Assembly: GCA_963734895.1 (NCBI GenBank)
Contig: CAVTIN010000005.1
Span: 279-64,278 of the forward strand
Length of the DNA: 64,000 bases
Direction: 5' to 3'
Origin: an uncultured Chloroflexia bacterium
GTDB taxonomy: Bacteria; Chloroflexota; Limnocylindria; Limnocylindrales; CSP1-4
Positions 48,118-57,154 of the stretch are shown piece by piece. The position numbers and the translations under genes were made by a program. Position 1 is the stretch's first letter; every line of letters starts with the position of its first letter. Under the pieces are notes generated by a model. It ran no database searches. It was given only the letters and a program-made list of their open reading frames with translations, and was not told the DNA's origin.

Positions 48118-49971
48118 CTACTCCAGTCGGCGCTCCCGGACCTCCTCACCGAGCCGCTGTGCGAGGTCGGCCCAGCCGATCCCCTGCTCCTGCGAACCGT
48201 CGCGCCGGCGGATCGATGCAGTCCGTGCCTCGACCTCGCGATCACCGAGGATGACCATGTACGGGACCTTCTGGCCCTGGGCCAGCCGGATCTTGTTCTG
48301 CATCCGGTTGTCGGACTCGTCGACCTCGACGAACCGGACGCCGGACGCGCGCAGCTCCGCGGCCAGCTCCCTGGCCGGTTCTGCGTGACGGTCGGCGATG
48401 GGGATGACCACCACCTGGAGTGGGGCGATCCACAGCGGGAATGCTCCCGCGAAGTGCTCCACCAGGATGCCGATGAACCGCTCCAGCGAGCCGTAGATCG
48501 CGCGGTGGATCGCCATGGGGCGCTTCGGCTGGCCGTCCTCGTCGATGTAGGTCAGGTCGAACCGCTCAGGCAACATCTGCAGGTCGATCTGGATGGTCGC
48601 CATCTGCCACTCGCGACCCAGCGCATCGTCGATGTAGATGTCGATCTTGGGGGCGTAGAACGTCCCGTCCTTCGGCTTGAGCTGGTAGCTGAGGCCCGTC
48701 GCCGCGAACGCGTCGATCGTCAGGCGCTCGGCGAGCTCCCACAGCGCGGGGTCCCCGATCGCCTTGTCCGGCTTGGTTGCAAATGCGAAGCGCGGCTCCA
48801 TCCCGAACCATCCGAACGCCTCGCGGACCTCGCCCAGGAGTGCCTCGATCTCCGCCGTCAGCTGGTCCGGACGCAGGTAGATGTGCCCGTCGTCCTGGAT
48901 GAACTGGCGGACCCGGGTCAGGCCCGACAACGTTCCCGACCGTTCGTTGCGGTGGAGCCTGCCGTACTCGCTCAGCCGCAGCGGGAGATCCCGGTACGAC
49001 CGCAGGCGGGACCGGTAGATGAACGTGGACTCGGGGCAGTTCATCGGCTTGAGGCTGAACTGCTGCCCCTCGCTGTCCACGATGAACATGTTCTCGGCGT
49101 AGTGATCCCAGTGCCCCGACTGCCGCCACAGTCGCTCCGAGACGAGGATCGGCGTGCTCACCTCCTCGTAGCCGCGGCGGTCCTGGAGCTCGCGCATCGC
49201 CGTCTCGAGGGTGCGCCAGATCCGCTGGCCCTTGGGGTGCCAGAAGGCCGAGCCCGGGCTCACGTCGTGGAAGCTGAACAGGTCGAGCTGGACGCCGAGC
49301 TTGCGGTGGTCGCGCTTGCGCGCCTCGTCGCGCCGCCACAGGTAGGCATCGAGCTCCTCCTGCGTCTCCCAGACCGTTCCATAGATCCGCTGGAGCGACT
49401 CGCGAGCCTGGTCGCCGCGCCAGTAGGCGCCCGACACGGCGAGCAGCTTGAACGGCCCGATCCGTCCGGTGGATTCGACGTGCGGTCCCTTGCACAGGTC
49501 GCTGAACGGTCCGTGGTCGTAGAACGTGACCGGCGCCATCGGGCTGCCCGTCTCCGCGGCCTTGCGCGCCAGGTCGTCAAGGATCTCGACCTTGAACGGC
49601 TGGGCGGCCCCCTCGACGAGCGCCCGGCCTTCTGCGAACGGAACCTCGCGGCGGGTGAACGAATGATCTGCGGCGATGCTGGCGCGCATTCGCTCCTCGA
49701 TCGCCGACAGGTCATCCGGGGTCACCGGGCGCGGCAGGTCGAAGTCGTAGTAGAAGCCGTTGGCGATCGCCGGTCCGATCCCCAGGCGGGTGCCCGGGAA
49801 CAGGTCCAGCACCGCCTCCGCCATGACGTGCGCGGCGCTGTGGCGCATCGCGTCGATCGGCGCGTGCGCCCCGGCGTCGAGGAGCTCGTCGGCCGAGCCC
49901 CGCGCGGGCGCGTCGAGCGCCAGATCCTCGTCCTCGGGTTCGTCCGGTTGCTGCTGCTGATCGTCGGCCAT
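48118..49971 (-). CDS. thrS: Threonine--tRNA ligase
   Basis: Editing-domain HSAAHVMA, class II motifs (LHRNERSGTLSGLTRVRQFIQDDGHIY; GAFPLWIAPLQVVVIP). ATG at 49971 (MADDQQQQPDEPEDED... acidic N-terminus). Confidence 0.96.
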   Translation of the reverse strand: MADDQQQQPDEPEDEDLALDAPARGSADELLDAGAHAPIDAMRHSAAHVMAEAVLDLFPGTRLGIGPAIANGFYYDFDLPRPVTPDDLSAIEERMRASIAADHSFTRREVPFAEGRALVEGAAQPFKVEILDDLARKAAETGSPMAPVTFYDHGPFSDLCKGPHVESTGRIGPFKLLAVSGAYWRGDQARESLQRIYGTVWETQEELDAYLWRRDEARKRDHRKLGVQLDLFSFHDVSPGSAFWHPKGQRIWRTLETAMRELQDRRGYEEVSTPILVSERLWRQSGHWDHYAENMFIVDSEGQQFSLKPMNCPESTFIYRSRLRSYRDLPLRLSEYGRLHRNERSGTLSGLTRVRQFIQDDGHIYLRPDQLTAEIEALLGEVREAFGWFGMEPRFAFATKPDKAIGDPALWELAERLTIDAFAATGLSYQLKPKDGTFYAPKIDIYIDDALGREWQMATIQIDLQMLPERFDLTYIDEDGQPKRPMAIHRAIYGSLERFIGILVEHFAGAFPLWIAPLQVVVIPIADRHAEPARELAAELRASGVRFVEVDESDNRMQNKIRLAQGQKVPYMVILGDREVEARTASIRRRDGSQEQGIGWADLAQRLGEEVRERRLE

Positions 49972-49974
49972 GTC

Positions 49975-50250
49975 ATTCGCTCCTGGGAAACACGAAACCT
50001 CTCGTCCCGACAGGACGAGAGGTTGTTCCTCCCGCGGTTCCACCCGCCTTCACGCCGCCGGGGAAACCCGGTGGTGTGCGCTCGAGCCGCGCTAACGGGC
50101 GGATCCCGGACCGGTTCACCGGCCGCTCGCGGGTGGTGCCGGCACCGGTCGGGTCCGTCGGGGCTTGCAGCCGATGGCCCCGGCTCTCTGGCGACGTCCC
50201 GGTGCGGCGCGTCCCGCTCGACGCGTCCTATGGCTCGGGCCCGGAGGCCG
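49975..50250 (-). promoter_or_regulatory. T-box riboswitch leader of thrS
   Basis: The minus strand carries the T-box sequence AAGGCGGGTGGAACCGCGGGA (50050-50030). A perfect 12-bp terminator stem AACCTCTCGTCC/GGACGAGAGGTT (50024-49996) follows, and then UCGUGUUUCC. Upstream there is an AGAGAG element (about 50189-50181) and GGUGAACCGGUC, with an ACC (Thr) triplet at 50115-50113 as candidate specifier. Confidence 0.75.
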
Positions 50251-50254
50251 GAGA

Positions 50255-50331
50255 TGGTGGGCGATACTGGACTCGAACCAGTGACCTCATGCATGTCAAG
50301 CATGCGCTCTAACCAGCTGAGCTAATCGCCC
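50255..50331 (-). tRNA. tRNA-Val (anticodon GAC), CCA encoded
   Basis: The minus strand reads GGGCGAT-TA-GCTC-AGCTGGTTA-GAGC-G-CATGC-TTGACAT-GCATG-AGGTC-ACTGG-TTCGAGT-CCAGT-ATCGCCC-A-CCA. The cloverleaf is complete, with T-loop TTCGAGT and anticodon loop TT-GAC-AT. Confidence 0.95.
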
Positions 50332-50340
50332 TTCGGGCGC

Positions 50341-50354
50341 GGAGGATAGCACAG
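50341..50354 (-). promoter_or_regulatory. Candidate extended -10 promoter element upstream of tRNA-Val (and possibly thrS)
   Basis: The minus strand reads CTGTGCTATCCTCC, with TGcTATCCT ending 11 nt before the mature tRNA 5' end. The 14-mer is identical to the one upstream of infC (47638-47625). Confidence 0.45.
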
Positions 50355-50361
50355 CTCCAGG

Positions 50362-50396
50362 GTCACTCCGACGTTCCCTGTCACTCCGACGTTCCC
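50362..50396. repeat. Perfect 17-nt unit repeated in tandem (18-nt period) just upstream of the tRNA-Val promoter element
   Basis: GTCACTCCGACGTTCCC occurs at 50362-50378 and 50380-50396. Confidence 0.85.
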
Positions 50397-50516
50397 AGCC
50401 GCGTGATCTCCGAGGGCGCTGCGCTCGCGGTGAGGTGCCGTTGCTCGACGCCGGCTCCAACGAGTCGCTACGCTGCCAGCTTGAGAGACCAAGAGGCGAA
50501 CGCAGGAGACCCCGGG

Positions 50517-52166
50517 GTGACATCGTCGGCACCCGATCGAGGCCGAGGGCACTGGAGCGACGGCCCGTGGCTGCTGCTCATCGCTGCCTGCGCGCTCGTC
50601 GTCCGGTTGGCATGGATGTGGCAGCACGGCGCGGTGATCGAGAACGAGGGCGCCGCTTACGCGCGACTCGCCGAGAACCTGCTGGCCGGTCACGGGTACA
50701 TCAGCAACTCAGGGGGCCGTGACACGCTATTTCCGCCCCTGTACCCAGTGGCTATCGGCGTGCTGAGCGCCCTGACGGCCAGCACCGAGCTCGCCGCCAG
50801 GCTCCTGTCGCTGGCCAGTGGTGTGCTCGTGCTCTGGCCCGTCTACGGAATCACGCGCTACCTCGGGGGCCGATCGAGCGCGTTGATCGCCGCGACCCTG
50901 GCGGCGGGCTCCGGCGTGCTGGTTGCGCTGTCCGGCTCCGCGTACTCGGAGTCCACCTACTTCCTGCTGCTGCTGTCCGGCATCTACTTCAGCTGTCGAG
51001 TACTCGAGGGTGGCTCCCTGCGCGTCGCGACCGCAGCCGGCGTCTGCTTCGGATGCGCCTACCTCGTCCGACCCGAAGCACTGGCCTATGCCGGTCTCGC
51101 CGTCGCCTTCCTCGCTGGCCATGCAGTCGCGGCGCGCCGACCCCTGCGGCAGACCGCCGCGCGGATCAGCGCGATCGGAGGAAGCGTGGTCCTGCTCGCG
51201 GCCCCGTACATCGCGTGGCTGTCGCTCAACAGCGGCTACCTTCGATGGGAGGGCAAATCGCTGATCAACGGGATCATCAGCGATGGCATGAGCCGGGGCA
51301 TGAGCTACCAGGAGGCCGGCTATCGTCTCGGTCCCAACCTTGAGCGGCTCGGTCCGTACCTCATCGCCGACCGTTTCGACATCGTCGCCCCGGCCGGCGC
51401 CGGTCCGGGGTTCGCGGTCACCAACATCCTGACCGACATCGTGCCCCGCCTCGTGGAGATCGCGCGGGACTTCGCGTCGCCATCAGGGCCTGGTGGACCT
51501 GTCTTGGCACTGCTGGCGGTGGTCGGTCTGGCGGCAGCCATGCTGGCGAGGCAGGATCGGGCGCAGAAGCTGTTCTTCACGGCGATGGGTGCGTTCTACC
51601 TCGTGATCCTCCTATCGCTGCAGTTTCGCTGGGACCGCTTCGAGTTCCCGCTGCTCCTTCTGGCTTTGCCATGGGCTGCGATCGGCGTTTCGGTGGTCAG
51701 CAACACGATGGCACGCGTGCTGGCTCGGTCGGTTCGCACGTCCCCGTGGAAGTCACCGGTGCTGGTCGGGACGACAGCCGTGGTCATCGCGCTCGTTTCG
51801 ATCCTGAGCTTCCGGTATGCCGCCGCCGCCGGAGAGTTCACCCAGTCGACCGCGTACGATCTGAAAGCTGCGGGACTGTGGCTGCGTGACAGGCAGCCCG
51901 CGACGGTCATGGGGCTGGGTGGAGTCGTCCCCTACTACGCCGGCGCGACTCTGGTCTACCTGCCGTGGACGCAGGAGGAGACCGCGCTGCGGTACATCCG
52001 CGCGGTGAATCCCGACTACATCTATGTCCGCCACGGCGATGAACCACAGAACCCCTACATCGGAGGTTGGGTGGTCGATGGAATCCCGGATCAGTGCGCC
52101 GTCCCGGTCCAGACATTCCCCGAAGCTGGCGGAGGGCAGCTGACCATCTTCGAGTGGCGATGCTGA
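50517..52166 (+). CDS. Polytopic membrane glycosyltransferase, ArnT/PMT-like (GT39/GT83-type)
   Basis: About 12 hydrophobic segments. N-terminal pattern ...LLLIAACALVVRLAWMW..DEGAAY-like (IENEGAAYARLAENLLAGHGY), PPLYP. Soluble C-terminal domain. GTG at 50517 with AGGAG 8 nt upstream. GC is slightly lower than in neighbouring genes. Confidence 0.7.
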   Translation: MTSSAPDRGRGHWSDGPWLLLIAACALVVRLAWMWQHGAVIENEGAAYARLAENLLAGHGYISNSGGRDTLFPPLYPVAIGVLSALTASTELAARLLSLASGVLVLWPVYGITRYLGGRSSALIAATLAAGSGVLVALSGSAYSESTYFLLLLSGIYFSCRVLEGGSLRVATAAGVCFGCAYLVRPEALAYAGLAVAFLAGHAVAARRPLRQTAARISAIGGSVVLLAAPYIAWLSLNSGYLRWEGKSLINGIISDGMSRGMSYQEAGYRLGPNLERLGPYLIADRFDIVAPAGAGPGFAVTNILTDIVPRLVEIARDFASPSGPGGPVLALLAVVGLAAAMLARQDRAQKLFFTAMGAFYLVILLSLQFRWDRFEFPLLLLALPWAAIGVSVVSNTMARVLARSVRTSPWKSPVLVGTTAVVIALVSILSFRYAAAAGEFTQSTAYDLKAAGLWLRDRQPATVMGLGGVVPYYAGATLVYLPWTQEETALRYIRAVNPDYIYVRHGDEPQNPYIGGWVVDGIPDQCAVPVQTFPEAGGGQLTIFEWRC

Positions 52167-52378
52167 AGTCCTGTCTGAGGCCGGTTCGCCGCCCGGATGG
52201 TTCTCCTCCGAGAACGCCTGCCTCAGGTGGCTTGAGACTGGCAGGGGCACATTGCGTACACCGCCCGGCATGAGGCGGTAGCCCGGCCCCGCCGGCCACC
52301 GCCGGTGTCGGGCGTCCCGGATGGCCGCGTCAACGGGGCGCACCTGCGGGCTTGCGCCTCCCTGCGGTCGTGTCCCGC

Positions 52379-52396
52379 CTGTGATCGCGATCACAG
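52379..52396. promoter_or_regulatory. Perfect 18-bp palindrome matching the CRP/FNR-family consensus TGTGA-N6-TCACA
   Basis: cTGTGAtcgcgaTCACAg, 25 nt upstream of the ATG at 52422. It is followed by a second small palindrome, CGCAC-ct-GTGCG (52397-52408). Confidence 0.5.
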
Positions 52397-52421
52397 CGCA
52401 CCTGTGCGCTGACGTGCGACG

Positions 52422-53264
52422 ATGACGTCGATGGCGGACCTTGAGCTCCTCGACTGCGGTGGCGGACGGCGCCTCGAGCGGTTCGGGGCCGTCGTGATCG
52501 ACCGTCCCGCCCCGGGAGCGATCATGCCGCCCATCCTCCCGGAGGCCGAGTGGCATCGGGCGCCGCTCGTGTTCGGGCGCGGCGGCTGGGTGCGTGGCGG
52601 GGAACGCGCACCCTGGACCGTCGGGGCCGCTGGCCTGACGCTCGAGTGCCGGCCCGCCGCCGGTGGCCAGGTCGGCGTGTTCGCGGAGCACGCCGCGACG
52701 TGGGCCTGGCTCGAGCGGTCGGTTCGCGACATCGGGACGCGGCTCGGGCGCCCGGCGGAGATCCTGTCGCTGTTCGCCTACACGGGTGGCGCCACGCTCG
52801 CATGCGCGCGCGCCGGGGCGCGAGTCGCCCACGTGGATGCCTCGCGGCCGGCCGTCGCGTGGGCGCGCCGGAACGCGGAGCTCTCGGGGCTCGTCGACCG
52901 GCCGGTTCGCTGGCTCGTCGACGATGCCCGCGCGTTCGTCCGTCGGGAGCGGCGTCGCGGCCGGCACTACGACGGCGTGGTGCTGGATCCGCCGACCTAC
53001 GGTCACGGCAACGGGGCGTGGCAGATCGAGACCGACCTCGAGCCGCTGCTCGAGGACTTGGCTGCGCTGGTCGGTCCGAAGCCGGCGCTCGCGACGCTCA
53101 GCGCACATACGCCCGGGTTCGACGGTGAGCGGCTCGCCGCGCTGCTGCGAGAGCACCTGGCGGTCGACGCGGCGGGCGCCAATCTCGAGCTCGTCGCGCG
53201 CACCGGCAACGTCCTGCGCCTGGGCAGCTGGGCGAGGCACCCCGGCCGCACGCGTGAACGCTGA
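52422..53264 (+). CDS. Class I SAM-dependent methyltransferase (RlmI/RlmK-like catalytic domain, no PUA domain)
   Basis: GVFAEHA, SAM-binding LSLFAYTGGATLACARAGA, VDAS, catalytic VVLDPPTYG. Confidence 0.8.
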   Translation: MTSMADLELLDCGGGRRLERFGAVVIDRPAPGAIMPPILPEAEWHRAPLVFGRGGWVRGGERAPWTVGAAGLTLECRPAAGGQVGVFAEHAATWAWLERSVRDIGTRLGRPAEILSLFAYTGGATLACARAGARVAHVDASRPAVAWARRNAELSGLVDRPVRWLVDDARAFVRRERRRGRHYDGVVLDPPTYGHGNGAWQIETDLEPLLEDLAALVGPKPALATLSAHTPGFDGERLAALLREHLAVDAAGANLELVARTGNVLRLGSWARHPGRTRER

Positions 53265-53271
53265 GCGGCCC

Positions 53272-54075
53272 GTGACCGAGTCACCGATCACCAGCCACCG
53301 CAACCCGCGGGTCAAGGCGGCGGCCGCGCTTCGCGACCGGCGCGCCCGGGACCTTGCCGGGCTGACCCTCGTCGACGGTGCGCGCGAGCTCGCCAGGGCG
53401 GTGGCGGGTGGCGCAGCCGTCGTGGAGGTGTTCGTCGACATCGATGGGATCAACGACGCGGGCCGTGAAGCTGTCGCCGCCGCGACGGCGAGCGGGGCGA
53501 CGGTGACGGCGGTTGCCGGCGCCGTCCTCGACAATCTCGCGTACGGCGCCCGGAGTGAAGGGGTTGTCGCGACGGTCCGGATCCCGGATCTCTCGCTCGA
53601 CGCGCTGCGCCTCCCGCACGACCCCCTGGTCGTTGTCGTCGAAGGCGTCGAGAAGCCCGGCAACCTGGGCGCGGTCCTGCGCTCGGCCGATGCTGCCGCG
53701 GCCGATGCCGTGATCGCGGCGGATCCGCGCACCGACCTGTTCAACCCCAACGCGGTCCGTGCCTCGCTCGGCACGATCTTTGCCGTACCGGTGGCCGCCG
53801 GCTCCAGCGCGGACGTCCGGGCACGGCTCGAGCGAGACGGCGTCGCACTGGTCGCCGCGCGCGTCGATGGGCTGTCCGGATATACCGAGGTGGACCTCCG
53901 TGGTCCGGTGGCGATCGTCCTGGGGAGCGAGGCTGACGGCCTGAGCGCGACCTGGCAGGGCGACGCTGTCACGGCGGTTCGGCTGCCGATGCTCGGGGTG
54001 GCAGACAGCCTCAACGTCTCGATCGCCGCCGCCGTGCTCCTGTACGAGGCCCGCCGCCAGCGAGCGCTCGGATGA
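53272..54075 (+). CDS. TrmH/SpoU-family RNA 2'-O-methyltransferase
   Basis: NPRVKAAAAL (substrate-binding N-domain), SpoU motifs VVVEGVEKPGNLGAVLRSADAA, IVLGSEADGLS, LPMLGVADSLNVSIAAAVLLYE. Start is uncertain (GTG 53272 or 53254). Confidence 0.88.
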   Translation: MTESPITSHRNPRVKAAAALRDRRARDLAGLTLVDGARELARAVAGGAAVVEVFVDIDGINDAGREAVAAATASGATVTAVAGAVLDNLAYGARSEGVVATVRIPDLSLDALRLPHDPLVVVVEGVEKPGNLGAVLRSADAAAADAVIAADPRTDLFNPNAVRASLGTIFAVPVAAGSSADVRARLERDGVALVAARVDGLSGYTEVDLRGPVAIVLGSEADGLSATWQGDAVTAVRLPMLGVADSLNVSIAAAVLLYEARRQRALG

Positions 54076-54088
54076 GAATTCGGCGACG

Positions 54089-55471
54089 ATGACTGCCATG
54101 CAGACGTTTGACTTCGTGATCATCGGTGCCGGCCCGGCCGGCGAGGCCACAGCACACAAGGCGCGAGCCCTGGGCGCCACCTCGGCGGTCATCGATCGCC
54201 GGTGGTTCGGGGGGTCCTGCCCGCACATCGGGTGCGTCCCGTCGAAATCGCTCCTTCACGCCGCCGACCGGCACGCCGCGGGTGACGACTACCCGTGGTC
54301 CCGGGCGTCCGAGCGGCGCGACTACATGGTCAACCGCCCGGCCGGCGCCGCCGAGCCCGACGACGCCTCGCACGTGAAGGCGCTCGAGGGCGATGGGTCG
54401 GTCACGTACCGGGGTGAAGCCCGGATCACCGCCCATGGCCGCGTATTGATCACCCACGACGGCGTCACCCACGAGATCGCCGCGCGGAACATCGTGGTCG
54501 CGGTCGGATCGCGGTCCAAGGTCCCGCCGATCGAGGGGCTGGCCGAGACGCACCCGTGGACGAACCAGGACGCGACTCTGGCCCGCGAGCTGCCCCGGAG
54601 CCTGCTCGTGCTCGGGGGCGGCCCGACCGGCTGTGAGCTGGCGCAGGTCTACGCGCGGTTCGGGGTGCCCACCACGATCGTGCAGTCGGGGCCCCGGCTC
54701 GTCCCGACCGACCATCCCCGCAACGCCGAGGCGGTCCAGTTCGCGCTCGAGCGCGACGGCGTGACGGTCCTTACCGGCGGTCGCGCGGTGCGCGCGCGAG
54801 CAGGCGCCGGAACCGACGGCGCCCACGTCATCGAGCTGGACAACGGCACCACCGCGGAAGGCCACGCGATCCTGCTCGCGGTCGGACGGGAGTTCCCGCT
54901 GCGCGACCTCGGGCTGGACGTGTACGGGATCGAGGTATCCGGGCCCGGCGCATATCGCCGTGACGGCAGCCTCCGGCTCGCGGACGGGCTGTGGGTCGCC
55001 GGCGATCCCGCCGGACCCGAGCTCCATACGCACCAGGCGCACTACCAGGGCGAGCTGGTTGTCCGGATGGCCCTCGGCGAGCCTGTCACGCCCGACTACC
55101 GCGCGCTCCCACGCGCGACGTACATGGATCCCGAGGCCGCGTCGGTCGGCATGACCCTCGAGCAGGCGCAGGCCGCCGGGATCGACGCGTTCGAGTGCGT
55201 CGCCGACTTCCCGCATACGGCCAAGGGATATTCCGTGGAGGCCGAGACGGGCCACGTCACGATCGTGGTGAATCGAGCCACGCGCCAGCTTGTCGGGGCG
55301 GCCATGGCCTGTCCGGACGCATCGGCCGCCATCCACGAGTGCGTGCTCGCCATCAAGGCCAGGGTGCCGGTCGACGTCCTCGCCGAGACGATCCACGCGT
55401 TTCCATCGACGTCCCGCATCTTCAACGGCCTGTTCAACGAGGCACGCCAGCGGCTCGACAGCCCCGACTGA
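54089..55471 (+). CDS. FAD-dependent pyridine nucleotide-disulfide oxidoreductase (dihydrolipoyl dehydrogenase / mercuric reductase-like)
   Basis: FDFVIIGAGPAGEA, redox-active GGSCPHIGCVPSK, NAD(P) fold LLVLGGGPTGCELA, C-terminal dimerisation domain (HAFPSTS). Confidence 0.88.
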   Translation: MTAMQTFDFVIIGAGPAGEATAHKARALGATSAVIDRRWFGGSCPHIGCVPSKSLLHAADRHAAGDDYPWSRASERRDYMVNRPAGAAEPDDASHVKALEGDGSVTYRGEARITAHGRVLITHDGVTHEIAARNIVVAVGSRSKVPPIEGLAETHPWTNQDATLARELPRSLLVLGGGPTGCELAQVYARFGVPTTIVQSGPRLVPTDHPRNAEAVQFALERDGVTVLTGGRAVRARAGAGTDGAHVIELDNGTTAEGHAILLAVGREFPLRDLGLDVYGIEVSGPGAYRRDGSLRLADGLWVAGDPAGPELHTHQAHYQGELVVRMALGEPVTPDYRALPRATYMDPEAASVGMTLEQAQAAGIDAFECVADFPHTAKGYSVEAETGHVTIVVNRATRQLVGAAMACPDASAAIHECVLAIKARVPVDVLAETIHAFPSTSRIFNGLFNEARQRLDSPD

Positions 55472-55492
55472 CCCGCGCCCCGGGCGCCCGTC

Positions 55493-57154
55493 TCAGGCGG
55501 TGACGACGACCTCGCCGTCCATCAGGACCAGCAGCGGACGCGCGTTCCACAGCGCACCGCCGGCCTCGACCGGTTCCGCGACCGCGGCCGCGGGGATGAC
55601 CACCATGTCGGCCCGGTGGCCGCGGGTCAGCCGTCCCCGGTCTCCTTCCCCGGCGCTGATCGCCGGATCCACGCAGCTGGCCCGGATCGCCCGCCACAGC
55701 GCCAGGGCGTTGGCCGGGCCGAACGGCGGCGTGCCCGCGGGCCATGACGGCGCCGATCGGGTGACCGCGCAGGCGATGCCCGGCCACGGATCCACGGGCT
55801 CGACGGGGGCGTCGGTGCCGGCAGGGAGCACTGCGCCCGCCCGGGCCAGCGCCGCGAAGGCATACGCCCGCTCCTCCGCGCGGGGGCCCCACAGGCGACG
55901 GGCCCTCGCCGCGTCCGATCGGACGTGGATCGGCTGTACCGAGGCGGCGATACCGAGCGCGGCGAAGCGAGGCACGTCGGAATCGGCGATCAGCTGGACA
56001 TGCTCCACGCGGGGCATCAGCGGGGTCGCGCCGACCGTCGGGGCGAGGGCATCGAGCGCCGCGCGCACGGCTGCATCGCCGATCGCGTGGATCTGGGTCA
56101 CGATTCCCACGGCCGCCGCCCGTGCCGCCTGATCCCGCAGCGCGTCAGGCGGGACCATCCATACGCCGTAGCCATCGTTGGGCGGCAGCGGCTCGCCGGC
56201 GATCGGCTCGAGCGGGTCCAGCAGCGCCGCCGTCCGGGACCCGAGGGTGCCGTCGGCGAATGTCTTGAGCCAGCCCAGCCGGAGGCGATCGCGCGGATCC
56301 GGGCCCAGGGCCGCCCCGCTGCGGACACCCTCGGCCTCGGCAGCGGCGAGCTGTTCGGGCCGGATGCAGGGATGGACGCGGACCTCGAGGTCCCCGGCCG
56401 CCGCGAGACGACGATATGCCGCAATTGGTCCACGCAGGCCGTCCTGGAGCACGAGACCCCCGGGGTCGTGGACTGCGACCACGCCCAGCGCGAGCAGCTC
56501 ATGGGCGAGCGGCCGCACCGCGGCCTCGATCATGGCCTCGTCGGGCGCCGGGACCCGCGCCGACACCAGGCGAGCAGCCGTCTCGTGGAGCACGCCCGTC
56601 GGGCGCCCGTCGGCCTCGCGCCGGATGACACCGCCGTCGGGGTCTGACCGGCCGGCGTCGATACCGGCCTCCGACAACACCCGCCGGCTCACCAGCAGCG
56701 CGTGGTGATCGTGGGCCCACAGCGCGACGAGGCGGCCGCGGGCGGCGCGCTCGAGATCGTCGGCCGTTGGCCAGCGCCCGAAGCGGTCGGCGTCCCAGCC
56801 GGCGCCTTCGATCCAGCCGTCCGGGTCGGTGTGTGCCGCCGCGGCACGCGCGACCCGGTCGATCGCGTCGTCGATCGAGATCGCGTCATGCAGGTCGACC
56901 CGTGCCCGCGCGAGCGCCGCCTCGACGAGGTGGAGGTGGGCGTCGGTCAGGCCCGGAATCGCGATCGCATCGGGCGGCAGCACGATCCGCCGCGTCGCGG
57001 CCACCGCAAGCGCCTCGATCTCGGCGTTCGTCCCTGCCGCCAGCACGCGGCCATCGGCCACGGCGACGGCCTCGACCCAGCCCGGGCCATCGGACCCGGC
57101 AAGCGTCGCGATCCGCCCACTGACGATCAGCCCGGCTCGCGCCGACGCGCTCAT
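55493..57154 (-). CDS. Amidohydrolase-family metal-dependent hydrolase (amidohydro_3-like)
   Basis: IPGLTDAHLHL near the N-terminus, ...IHAIGD..., VQPIH, ...GTDAPVEP. ATG at 57154 overlaps the upstream MFS stop (ATGA). Confidence 0.85.
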   Translation of the reverse strand: MSASARAGLIVSGRIATLAGSDGPGWVEAVAVADGRVLAAGTNAEIEALAVAATRRIVLPPDAIAIPGLTDAHLHLVEAALARARVDLHDAISIDDAIDRVARAAAAHTDPDGWIEGAGWDADRFGRWPTADDLERAARGRLVALWAHDHHALLVSRRVLSEAGIDAGRSDPDGGVIRREADGRPTGVLHETAARLVSARVPAPDEAMIEAAVRPLAHELLALGVVAVHDPGGLVLQDGLRGPIAAYRRLAAAGDLEVRVHPCIRPEQLAAAEAEGVRSGAALGPDPRDRLRLGWLKTFADGTLGSRTAALLDPLEPIAGEPLPPNDGYGVWMVPPDALRDQAARAAAVGIVTQIHAIGDAAVRAALDALAPTVGATPLMPRVEHVQLIADSDVPRFAALGIAASVQPIHVRSDAARARRLWGPRAEERAYAFAALARAGAVLPAGTDAPVEPVDPWPGIACAVTRSAPSWPAGTPPFGPANALALWRAIRASCVDPAISAGEGDRGRLTRGHRADMVVIPAAAVAEPVEAGGALWNARPLLVLMDGEVVVTA

